Source: Fimbriosthenelais zetlandica
Taxonomy: Eukaryota
Assembly (NCBI GenBank): GCA_977030845.1
Contig: OZ365109.1
Location: forward strand, 53,630,001 to 53,694,000
Length of the DNA stretch: 64,000 nucleotides
Direction of reading: 5' to 3'
Part shown: positions 1-12,500 of the stretch, piece after piece
Layout of the letters: every line of letters starts with the position of its first letter
Position numbering within the stretch: the stretch's first letter is position 1
The notes under the pieces: model-generated
What the model was told of the DNA's origin: nothing
What the model saw: only the letters and a program-made list of their open reading frames with translations
The model's database searches: none
Made by a program: the position numbers and the translations under genes

Positions 1-525
1 ATAATGACTACCCTCACTAGAAACAGTGATGTTAGCCGTGGTCTTAACAGATACCTGGCCCTCATGAACCTGACTGCTTGTGGTTACAATCACTTTGCTA
101 CTATTCGAAGAATCATGCAACATAGTCCTTGGCGGCTTTTGGGGTGGATTCTGTGATGTCACTGGACTAGACTTGGATCCATTCTGCTGGTTCACGTCCT
201 TCTGTTCAGGACTTGAAGCTTTCTGTTTTTTCGATTCGCTATCAGCGGAAGATTTCTCTGGCGATTCTTCCTTAGCTGGTGGTGCACTGTTTCCAGCACT
301 ACTAAGTCTTTTTGTCGTATCAGTCAGGGGTATAAGTGGTTCCTTCCCATCTGAAACTAACTCTTGTTTCAAACCATTGAGCAGTTTTTCTTGTCGTTGT
401 TGGACATATTCCATATTTTTGGTCTCACGTAATTGTTTCTGAGCTAGCTCCAGGGATTTCTCAAACCGTAGAGTTTCAGTATTAGAAACCAACCTCTTCT
501 TCCTTTCTCTGTTACTCTCAGCATT
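1..525 (-). CDS. Core exon 13 (partial): NAESNRERKKRL...; coiled-coil end then low-complexity Ser/Pro/Lys tail, open to the window edge
   Basis: Acceptor tttatttcag at 526-527, phase 0 matching the previous exon; 175 codons with no stop. Confidence 0.87.
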
Positions 526-3500
526 CTGAAATAAATTTGCCATCATGTTCTTAATAATTTAAAATCTTAATCCGAAATCCTTCCTTTTAGACTTATTTCT
601 AACTTATCTAACTTAGAGTATCTGCATCATCAATCAAAAGGCTGAAAGGTCAATATGGGTGTCAAATATCTGCAAAAATTACTTTTAATATTCACAAAAG
701 CAGTTACAAATATCACTGAAAATTCAGCAACTTTTTTCCTTTTATAATTACCTCAAGACTTTGGACCCTAGCCTGGTGATCTGGGACCATTGCCTGAATG
801 TTTTCTAACAAGTTTCTCTTGTCTGCCGAGGCCGGTTGAGTAACCACTGGTACTGTAATTGGCTGTGGGTTCTTTTCATCTTGGACAGAGGCTAGCCTGA
901 TAACAAAACACATTGTATATTAATCCCTTCATACAGAATGATAAATTATGGAAATTCAAAGCAAGGTTGGGTAGGGTGAATAGTGATAGAATTCTTTTGT
1001 GATCTACGCATTTGTGATAAATGTAGAGAATACTGCAAGTATGCACGTGGATTACATAGAATATTTAACTGAATATATAGGCTAAAAGTGCAGGAAAGTA
1101 TGTTTACAAAGTACAATATCTTATTTGAACAGTTTGAAAGGGCACATTTCTAGGATGGCATGCATGAATCAAGAATACATCAACACTGAGGAAATCTAAA
1201 TCAATCGACTGAAAAAATAGATATAGTGGAAGAAGGAAAATATATTATTCCAACTGTTCTTTCCTTTAAAATTCGTTCAAATTTTACTTTTATTTTTTTA
1301 GCAACCATCACCGGTATGGCCAGCCACCAAAAGCATGGTTTATGGGATGTTTTTCCTCACCTCTTCAGAGTGTAAAGGGTACCCGTTAGTTTCTTGCATC
1401 GCTTTAATGAGGTATCAAGTCTCTGCGCTTCTAGTTGTATGTACCTATTAATAGTTCAATTAGCAAATATTTGCTTAGCAAATAGCTGTGACACTAATAT
1501 TTTATCCCGATTGTACCTAGCAGATTTTGCTGTGCCTTTAGAAACAAATTTCTAGACTTTTAGTGCAACATTAAGAAGTTACAGTGAGGAAAGTATGGCA
1601 AATCCAAGCATGAAGTATTAAGAAATTAAGAGTTGTTTTTGAAGCTGGTAAAACAAAAGCAAATGTCACTGATAAGTGAATAAAATGTTTAGAAGAGTCA
1701 AGGATTAGAGTATTAGACGAGTTAAAGAAATTAAACAAATTGAAAATGAAATAGACGCTAGGTATGGACAAAATAGCAAATTACAAGTCTTCAGTAACTG
1801 TTATTGCATCAACGACAATATACAAAAATATGTATACACAATCATAAAACAAGTACTATTATAGACACACTGCAATGACAATGATTTACAATTACAATAC
1901 TTGTGAGTACTTATAACAAAAACTATATTTAAATAACTCGAGTGTCTAGGACAATTACAGACAAATTCACAAGTTATATATCAAGATTATTTCATCAAGG
2001 ACTGCTGATCGATGGCTCAGTTTCAAAGGTCAGCAAAACATGTCAAAAATAATCTTGAAATTGTGGCACATTCACAATAGATAAAGCTGGTCACAATTTC
2101 CTCATCTCTCTTGGTGGTACCTGGCAGAGTAACTTAAGCCCTGTAAGCACTGTTAAATTGCAACAGAAAGAAAAATTTCTGATCCAAAGAGAAGAAGAAA
2201 AATAATTTAAAGATCTGACACCTAGCATACACCAAGGAAATTAGAGGTCCTTGTGAAACCAGCTACACACACTTCACACAGGGTGGGTTACATATGTGGT
2301 AGGTTTGAATAAATATTAATCAGTAAAAACTCACTTTTCCTCTCTGACTACCACTTCCATTTCTCCAGCCATGACTGACTTCATCTGCTCAGTGAGTAAG
2401 GGATATTTCCCTGGAAAGAGACAGGAAAGAGAGTTGACTGGACGGGAAAATCTTTTGACTGTTATCTAAATTACATCTTCAAATTGGCAAGGGATACCAA
2501 TAGAAAATCGGATCTACATGTCCATCTCTTTCTGGCTTGACTGAAAGGTGGTTTAAAAGTGCTGGCCCTAACTCAGATAGATTGACAGTTGAGAAGATAA
2601 TGTCTAGGTGACCAGATTTCATGGGCAGTAGCGATACAATGGATACAGACAGAGTATATTTGAGATCGATCCAGTTCTTATAATTGAATCTGCTTGATAC
2701 TTGAGGACAATTGGCCACTATCACAATACAATGAGCTCTAGTTCTAATTACCAGTCTATGAGTGGACATGCTGTGTGATATTATGGAACTCACCTTTGAG
2801 GTCAGCCAAAGCCTTGCTAATGTTACTAAGAGCCAAAGCCATCGACTCTACTTCTGTGTTCTGAACACGACATTTCTTGTTCAACACATCACTCCGTAAT
2901 TCTTCCACAGCTGATTCTAAGTCACTGAAAAATTAACAGACATTTTTACTGAATTGAACCGATACATTTAACAGAAGTAAAATTAGAACATACATAAGCA
3001 TTAAGAATTATTTAAGAAGGGGGTCCGATTTTAAAACATGAATGAGCGCGTCGTTTATGCAGTATTCTTCTCAAATGAAAAACCAATATGCTATACTCTA
3101 TGCATGAAAACGGTTATGGTTCACTGAAATATTTCTTTACCTCAGGCACGAAGAATAATTAGTCTTGTCTCTTGCAGAGAAGACTGATCGATTATACAAC
3201 TATTTTGCTCCAAATCACTTCAGATTGAATTGAAGTAGGCCTAGGTAGTAAAGGTAATGTATATAAAACATGCCAAACTTACACAAGATCCTGCTCAACT
3301 CTCTTGGTATCATCATTGTAGACCTTCATACTATGATCAACTCTTGCCCTTGATGCACGAACCGGAACATCTTGTGCCCCTGGAACTGTCGACAGTACCT
3401 CCTGAAAAGATAATATTGAAAGGAAAACCTGAAAACCCCATTTAATTCTATAAAATAGAGCAACATTTATTTATAAGTGTGTAGACTCTGGAATGTCCCT

Positions 3501-6500
3501 TTTGGGGTACACTGAGAAACCTTTTACATGAATGAAATAACGAAGTTCACACCAGGTGACATTCATTAGATTATCGCTGCTTATCAATCTATCAGCTAAG
3601 GCATCAAGGAAATGTTCTGGTAATTTCGTGCGGCCACTCACTTTGATTTTAAGGAAAGTTTGCTGGAACGTTTCTCTCATTGATTCTGCATTGGCTAACT
3701 GCATTCTCCTCAGATGTCGCAGTTCTGATTTCAACTCTTTCGCACGACTGTTTAGTGCCCGGATAGTATTCTGCATATCGGCAGTCATGGCGGGCTGTGG
3801 TGTTGGCGTCGCTGATGAGACATCAGACAAACCTGAAACATGCCACAGAAAAAAATAGATCACGTCAACAAAATCAACTTTTCAGCAAGGCAGTAATACC
3901 TCCAATATACCAGGCACACAATTCACATTTGGGGGAACACAAGAGTGCAGGTTATTATTGGACACAAGGAGGAGGCTAGAGTGTAGATGCGGATGCAGAA
4001 TAATAACAATCATAGCCATTATAAACATTTTTCTTCACATGTAACTTTCCAAAAATGGTCTCTCTCTATGCAGAAACATTCATAATTCAGTTAAAATAAA
4101 TTACAGAAGACGCTTATCTATCCTACGTTCGACAAATTTGATGTTGCTGTTATATATATCCCATATATATGGCAGGAAATAGGAGGAGGGAAGGATATGT
4201 TGGCTAGGGATTCCCATATTGAGATGCGTTAATTATTGAGACATGTACATTGAAGATCCTCAGCCATAGCTTAGTTTCCAGCAATAAAGGAAATGAATGT
4301 TCACCCCTCTTTCTCCCTTACCGATGGCAGGGCACTCGAGCTTAAAATTTTGATTATTTTAGTGTGCTTTTTCCCAAAAGACTTTATTAATTCTGGTGTA
4401 ATTTCATGCAATAGGGTAGGATCCACTGAGGCTAGCAGGCTGTTTAAACCAAGGATTTCCATATATAGGCCTATGCATGAACATCAATTGCAGAAAAAAT
4501 AGAAGGTAATCATTCTTAGGTCTTTATGTACGTCATTCATTGGAACAGAGTACATTAATAATCTTCTGAAACTCTTATTCGATTAAGTTAATAACTTTAC
4601 AGATTGTACAGGATGATTCATTCAATATTTATGATGGAATATAAGTCATATTAGTAAGTGAACTGGGGAGATTAATAAAATATACAGTTCTTAATTAGTT
4701 TCCTTGTCAAACAACGAACATTCACCCATTAACAAGTGCTGACATGGAAGACACCCATCTGTGCAAAACTTGCAGGTAAGACGATTGGGCAGCAATTCAT
4801 ATGGACTGAACTAAACTGATAATAACTATGTGGACTCTCATGCAAGTTTTTGTCCACAACTTTGTTTTTAACTCCTTCCACTCAGATATTCTCTGATCTG
4901 AATCAGTGTTCTAGACAATGAATCAAATGAATAATAGCTCTATTGGTTCAATCTCTGGACATTTCTGACTCTAAAAACCATCTGTTGAATAGACCTAGGA
5001 TGTTAACAAACCTGTTTGTATCTAGATTCCTCAGGCTGTTAGTGGATTAAACTACACTAAATTATCTCTATTGAAGGTTTCCGACTTGGTGATGATGCCT
5101 TGGTTCATAACACACTAAAGAGTCACAACTTACTGAAATAACGCAGATACTCAGAGGCATCTAGGTATTTTGGTGGGGTCATGGACATGCATTTAAAAAC
5201 GTAGTGGGCTGCAATGAAAACCATAAGATAACACGGAGAGGGTTCGTTTAGTCATGCTACCACACCATGTGTTGATGACGAGAATGATAGAGAATTTACT
5301 CGCTGTGTGCAAGCTGCTTTTTGGTCCAAAGCCAAGAGGAACAACCGGACCATTCCTTATAAGAATTCCTCTAAAAAGCCTAAGTAATCTGTCAAGATAT
5401 GACGACAAATTTTTGGTCTAAATATCCACAGGCCTTGGGTATTAATGAATGATTATTCTTGGGTTTTACAGGTATACAAAAATAATTATGGTTGCCTCTT
5501 GACTTCTTTCATGGAGAAAATGATAATAATTAAACCATGACTTTTTGTAAGATTTACTATGTCTCAGCAAGAGACATCATAAATCAGTGTTGCAGCACCC
5601 TATGCCATCTCTAGAAATTGCACCTCAAGTCACAAAGAAAAATCAATAAAACAATGGGAATTAACATGTGGTAAATGTCCAATATTAATTCATTGTTGGA
5701 TCTAAATTTCCACTTTAGAGGCTAAAAAACATGCAAAATTCGGATTCGGAGAAAATCTATCTCAAAGGGGGACTGTGCTTGGAAAAAACAGAACTAAACT
5801 GATTTTTTTTGGAAAAACTGAACTTGAGGAGCAATATTCCCGGCCAATTGATGCACAGATGCGTTCAAAATAGGGGGAGTATTGCTGGACACTGCAGCTG
5901 AACGATGGCTAGAAGAGGACAAAAAGTGGGGGGAAGGCAAATGAGCAGCTTAATGGAGCAGGGCAAAAATGGAGAGGTGCAAAAATATGATTATGAGAGG
6001 CAGACAACACAACGGATGGGAGATGGAGGAGCGCGAGAGGTTCTGTCTTTCTCCGCTATGGGGCACTGACTACATGCTGTGTGGTATATTCCCAGTACCT
6101 GTGATAGGGGGCGTAGAAGGAGACTGGACGGGTGTAGCATTCTCACTCTCTGAAAACAAACGGCAGCTAAGGTTAATGGCCTTCAAAAGGAAGCTCAGCC
6201 CGGAGAAAGCTGTTGAAATAGGTGGCCATACATCCACAAAGTTTATTGTTCATCATAAGCAAAAGTCCAGTCTTGCAAAATCTTTTTGAATTTTAAAATT
6301 ACGCCTATGGACTTGTGGTGATTATTTTGGGGGTTTTAAATGTATTCTTGCCATTGTATTGAATCCAAAATTTATTTCCCCGCATTTAAATTTGGATATG
6401 TTGGATATTATGTCTATTTTTAATATAGGTCTTTTACTTTTTTGGTGGAGATGGGTTCATCTAAGTTCTTATCTACTGTGGAATGCATGTCATATTATGT

Positions 6501-9500
6501 GCACCCTAAACTATCAAAATACAACTAAGAAAAATCTAAAATAGTAGCTCTAAACTTCTATTATTTGGGATTGTTTCTTGGAACGACTATGATATCTACG
6601 AAGCCTCTGATCTTTCCTACTAGCAGGAATGCTACAGGAGGACACGAAGGTAAATGGAAATGAGTCGATGTGTAAGTGATGTCGAGAAACTAACATTTAT
6701 ATGAATGCTTAACATCAGTAACATATGTGGGACTGAGGACTATCTTTTCTCTCTTCCTTACTATATATGCCTCTAGACCGTATAATACAAATTGCAATCA
6801 TATGATGTGCCTCTTGAAAATATGTGTTCTGTAATTATTTCAACATTGACACTTCCCACAATACTGCACTCAATACGTTCAAGCCTTACAATTATCCAAT
6901 ACCAACTTTTAAAATCACATCAGACATTCTTTAGCCAACAATTAACCTATTGTCTTAATTATGTAACAAGTTAGTATAATAATGTCCTTAGAACCATGCC
7001 CAGTCAAAGTTTTCTTCACAATGGTGTTAGTTTTTGAGTTCCCAACATCAGGATCAAATCCAAAACTATGCAGAACTGTAATCGCCATGCTTGATTGGCT
7101 TATAGGTTGGATTACTACACACATTGTATACCTCTATTACCCTGCAGCCTTTCCAAGGATATTATGCAATCACTGCATGTTTTCTTCATACGCGCAAGTC
7201 CTAATTTACAGAGAGAAATGGCACCTACATTAGAATGAACAAAGGAGCACTAGACCGGTGGGAGTAACATTGGATCCATCCATACTACTGGGGACTGACT
7301 GGCGAGGATAACAAGAGTTGCCACTATCAGACTGAATATCTATATACATTATCTATATGTCCATGATGTTAAGAAACTACATGTATTGACTTAAGTTGGT
7401 CAAGGAAAATGTAATATTTTCCTAATCTGATAATGACATACCGGTACATATAATTATGTTATCTCCGCTCCCCGCCCCGACCCCAAAAGAAAAGTGAATA
7501 ATTATGCGGTAATTCAATCTCCATTGTGGATGGGTGAAGGAACATTGGTTCTTCATCATGGATGGGTCATTTTGACAGTTTCCATCCTCTGACCTATATC
7601 GGTCATCCAGGTTCTGCCCAGAACAATATCCAACAAAGGAGAAAACTGCTGAAACTGCGTGTCTGATGGCACTATAGATCAGCTAAACACCCAAATTCCC
7701 AGATAAATACCAAGTGGCAACTCTAAAAGGCAAGAAAAACAGGAGAATCTGAAGCCTGGGGAGCTCTGTATGCTAGAGTCGATCTATTGTGAGGAGGGAA
7801 TGACGGCTGCAGGGTAGGGAGAGGTGAGTTGGCGGTCTGGCCATGTTGGTTGTTTAAAGCATTTCAATATGATTATGGCACTTGTACAGTAGATACCTGG
7901 CTGAGCAAACTGGGGAGGAGCGGGCACTTCCAAATGGACTGTAGCAAATGTAAATGTACACATTGGACAGTGGTTATAACTTAGAACTAAAACCATGGAA
8001 TAAATTACAAATAGGCCTACTTCATCCTCACCAAAAATATATCCAACGAAAAATATGTAAGCCTAAGTTTTAAATTCATTGTAAATTATCTGCATTATTA
8101 ATTCAAAATTAAAACATTGTTTTCATTAAAGAAAAAATGATGACAAAAAAAATTCAACAAGTTCCTGATATTGCCCAATTGGGAAAAAATCCTCAAAAAT
8201 GTTTATATTCAAGAAAAGATGGAAACAATATTTTATATTAAAAACCTATGTTATGATCTAAGGATGGTGATGCCTTTCAGTCATGATCTTCAAGACAACC
8301 TCAACCTACTTTTAAAATTAAAATCTTTTCTTAAAAATTAAATGTTACACATTAAAACATTATATTTCATACGGGGAGGGGTTTGAGAAGTACAACGATG
8401 GAAATATTCATTACTTTAAAAACAATTATCACTTGTTCTTTGGGGTCACTACATCGGAATACAGAAAGAAGTTAATAGAAAAAATCTTTAATCGGACATA
8501 ATTTGACAAGGTAATTAACCAAAATACATTGTAGGTGGTTTGGAAGATACAGGCTAATGGAGAAAATGGAAATGACAAAACTTACAACGAAACTGTAATG
8601 CATTTCCTAATGCTATATAGTACATATCTCACGGTCCATTAACAGGCACAATGATGTAGATCTATTACATTGTCGTATATAAATGCAGAACATGTCCATT
8701 CTTCTAGAAATAATTCAATACAAGCCGAACTAGCTGAGATTAGGATAAAGGCTATATTTTCATGGTTATTTTGATGATAAAAGTTGCAATAAAGATAGGA
8801 GATACTGACTGCTTTTGGCTGATGTGTCTGAAGTGAGGCTAGCATTGCTTCTCGCACTGCCCGGCCGACTTCCTCCTGGCTCCCTCTGTACCACAGCGGT
8901 CTGTACCCATGCTGCAAGATTCGCCAACTGTGCTTCCATTTTATCCATACGATTTCTGCTAAAAAATGGATTTACCAAGTTACGATTGGGGGCCTAATCG
9001 TTGATAATCGATCAATTGGATGATTTTGAAATGAGCCTGGTATTTCTTGATGATCTAATTCTTATCACCATTTCCATCAATTTATTTTCTACTATCAAAC
9101 AAAAATACTTCGATAATAAAATCATGTGCATACATTTTACCGATTCAGAGGAATCTGCACTTTCAATAACTTATTATTTGAAACATTCTCCTGAGAACAG
9201 AGCCTATCAGTGTGGCCTACTTGGCTGAGATTTCTGATGTTGTATTGTAAATGGTCACTGTGCTGTGAGCTGTGCAGGGCCACTTACACCCGAAACCCCA
9301 TAGGAAATCTTTTACCGAATTGGGTCGTTGTTAAATTACTGTGGTTTTTAGCTATTACAAAATTAAAAAATATGATACAGTTGTGTAAAGAATACTCACG
9401 AAGCTTCCTGATCACTAGCTGTTGGAGTGGCACTTCCTGACCGGGACGAGCCTTCGTAGTAATCGTGGTAACTACGGCTTTGTGGTAGGCGTGAATCGGG

Positions 9501-12500
9501 AGGGAATCCGGCCCCTCCTTCTGGTATGTAAGCCACCGAGTGGCGCTGATTGGGGATAATTCCCACTGAAAGAGGAAGAAAAAACATCTTATAAATTGTC
9601 AAAATATTCGAGAAATACTTCTTTTTACTTATAAATTCTAAACATTTGCTCATCATACAATCATATCATAATGACAAGGGAGGATAGGCCTACATGGTTC
9701 TTCTACATGTTCATTGGACCATTTTCTTGACGTACATTGGTTGGCCCATCAATTGCTTACGGGTAATTGATAAGTCGGACTGATCAACGTAGGTCATAAG
9801 GTTGAAATGGTCCAGAGGACATGTCATTAACGTACAAAAACAGAATGCATATTATTTTTAGATAAGCTACTGCAGTCAGTGCCCTTAGAGAAGATAGCAT
9901 TGACCCTTTCAATGGAATGAGTAAAATTGACTGTTGATCGAAGACTGTGATCTGTATCGACAAATTCAGGAACATTATAACGCTACAGTCATAACATTAT
10001 AAGTTTATTTAAAGGTGTGAAAATTGACCATTAGTAAGAACATCTTATAATATAGAGGATGTCTATTGTATGTATAGAAAAGACAATGAGGTTAATACTT
10101 GGGAAATGGGATTAGGGGAATGGGATAAAGGAGAAACTAACTTCTTGCTACAAAAAAAACTGTTGTGTATAATCATGGACAAAAATATGGCAAAACCTCA
10201 GATGGGAAATATGTACAAGACTGTAAAATGAATGTTCATGGAGCGAAGCCACCGTTACCAAGAACAAATGGATGATCTGTTGAAAAGTAGGAAAATGATT
10301 TTAACTCCCAACACCATTATCACAACACCAGCACCACTAATATTACAGAAAATCCAAAAAGGTTATGTTTACATTTAAAAGTATAAGTCAAAACACTTAA
10401 ATGAAACCAGGCACTAAACTATCCTACTGTCCAACTCTTGTTCTAATACTTATTATTAGCAATCTTCAAAGTCTGGTTGATTCAAAATTCCTAATTTTAA
10501 ACGAGAATTCAAAGTTTGATATTGCTGAAATTAACATGGAAAAGAAGACAAAAAAGATCTTTACATAATTGTCCATCAACTTTAGGTTAAATTTACAGGA
10601 ACTGTATTTATTGAGTTTTATTTGGCCACGTGGAGCAAAAAAGCAAAAAAGACCACATATTTAAATGCAATCTTGATGCAAAAAACAGGGACATCTGACG
10701 AGAAATATTCACATATGTTCAGCTCACAACTTTTGAGCAATCATTTCTATGAACAGTAGGGCATCATGTGAAAAGTTATATGTCCATTATTCTCTTAGGC
10801 CTATATGGAATTCCAATATTGAATTGTTCGCCATTTTTAGAATGTAAAATGTGAAGCCCCTTGTCCACCAAGCTGCATTCTTGACATACATTAGATCCAC
10901 CTGTCAACTGCCCTGCAAGCAATTGACAGGTCCACCGACGTAAGTCAACAAAACGGTCCAGTGGACATAGGGCTTATACCGGCCAGTGAAGGGCAAATGG
11001 CAATCTTCCAGCTTTGAAGATCTTCCTACTGTAAAGATAGAGATACAAGACATTGTGACCTTGTCATTATCTGAGGTCACACACACATGACACTGTTACT
11101 CACTGTGCGCCGCCGCAGCCAGGGGGCCTCCCCTGGACGGTGACCCCGGTGGGGGATATATGACGTCACGGTTGATGACGTAAGCATGATGGGTAGGAGA
11201 ATCTATTGAACAGGGTAACACAGGACAAACATGACTGATACTGTTGTTGACCATACCAGAGACTCAGAGATGAGGGGTCGAGAAGCACCATGTACGTTAT
11301 ACAAGCGTCCTTATATGAAGGACGAGACTAATATCATGAGACCTGGCCTAAAAGTTGGTCACCTATACTACTCACTGTACCGTAGCCTACCTGACAGCAC
11401 AATAAATCAGCTTCTTTAACAAAAATTTGGAAGACTTCAGTATGGGGAATTCAGCAGTGGAAGATCCTGTGTCTTCCAAAATAAATTATACCTTAGCTTA
11501 TTTTGCAAAACCTTATATAAAGAATTTTTAAAAATGTGCAAAAGCAGTTTGGGGTGTCATGGCCATTTTAGGGACATCAAAAGACTAGAATTCTATCAAA
11601 CAAACGTGATAGAAATCTATTTTTTGAATTAGGGGTTGATATATTTTTCAGATCAAAATAAAGCATTGGGCAAACAATCGCCATCAGGTAGAGCTGAAGC
11701 ATCCCATTATAACCTTATGTAGACAAAGCAATCTATAAAGGTTATAATCATTTCAACACCGTAAAGTTCTATATGTAAAACCCACCCCCATAGAGATGAA
11801 CCCATTGCCCAATAGGATATTTGAATGTATAAAATAACCAAAATATTTGGGGAAAATATGCAGCAGATATTTAAAGTGTCAACATTGGTGAAGTTTAAGC
11901 GACATATTTAAAAGCGATGTTTGTCAGTTTTATACAAGAAAGTATGCAAGTGAATGTAATTGATGAATATAAGGAATGACAACAATGCAACTAATAGGCG
12001 TATAGTGTCAACATAAACATCAAAGGTAGACAGAGATATAGTATAAGCTGTATGAGAATGCCACTAAAGCCAAGGTTAACTCAGTGTATATTTGCAAAGA
12101 ACTGAGTTTTTGAGTATTAAGAGTTCTAAACCACTACAGACAAGTTCAGAAGGTTAGCACTTTTAAGTCATTTATATCTTCAGAACAGGGTTAGCACAGA
12201 CGGCACTGCATGGATAGATAGAGTGGAAAGGTGCACACAAACACAGATCCGGACTTATCCCATATGTTTCAGAGTCCTAGCCTGTTTCTTTTCTGTACGG
12301 ATTTGAATCTGAGTAATTTTGGTGAAGTTAACTTCTTATCTAAAATGAAGATTTCAGCCTAAGTATTGGTTGCTGTACATATTATGGTGTGGTATACGCC
12401 ACAATCTCTCACTACTAGACCTCAATTATCATTTGTACTCTTTTCAGTAAGCCATTTTGTACCATTCTCCATTCTTGAAAGAGGTAGAAGATAGATGTCC

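Noticed and set aside
80-3858. Plus-strand ORFs 80-442, 3257-3445, 3556-3858 (also 8815-8997, 42273-42524)
   Set aside because: Antisense shadows of real minus-strand exons; no independent coding features.
4322-4470. About 50 open codons ending at a good donor (tcg|gtaagg) on minus
   Set aside because: Ends in phase 0 while the next exon needs phase 1; weak acceptor; no family similarity.
8586-8592. 7-nt microexon-like cattacag|TTTCGTT|gtaagt with upstream TGC
   Set aside because: Poor pyrimidine tract, a competing AG nearby, and a frameshift to a stop with no compensating exon found.
10560-11900. Segments resembling non-autonomous DNA transposon remnants
   Set aside because: No terminal inverted repeats, target-site duplication or second copy could be defined; needs RepeatModeler/RepeatMasker.
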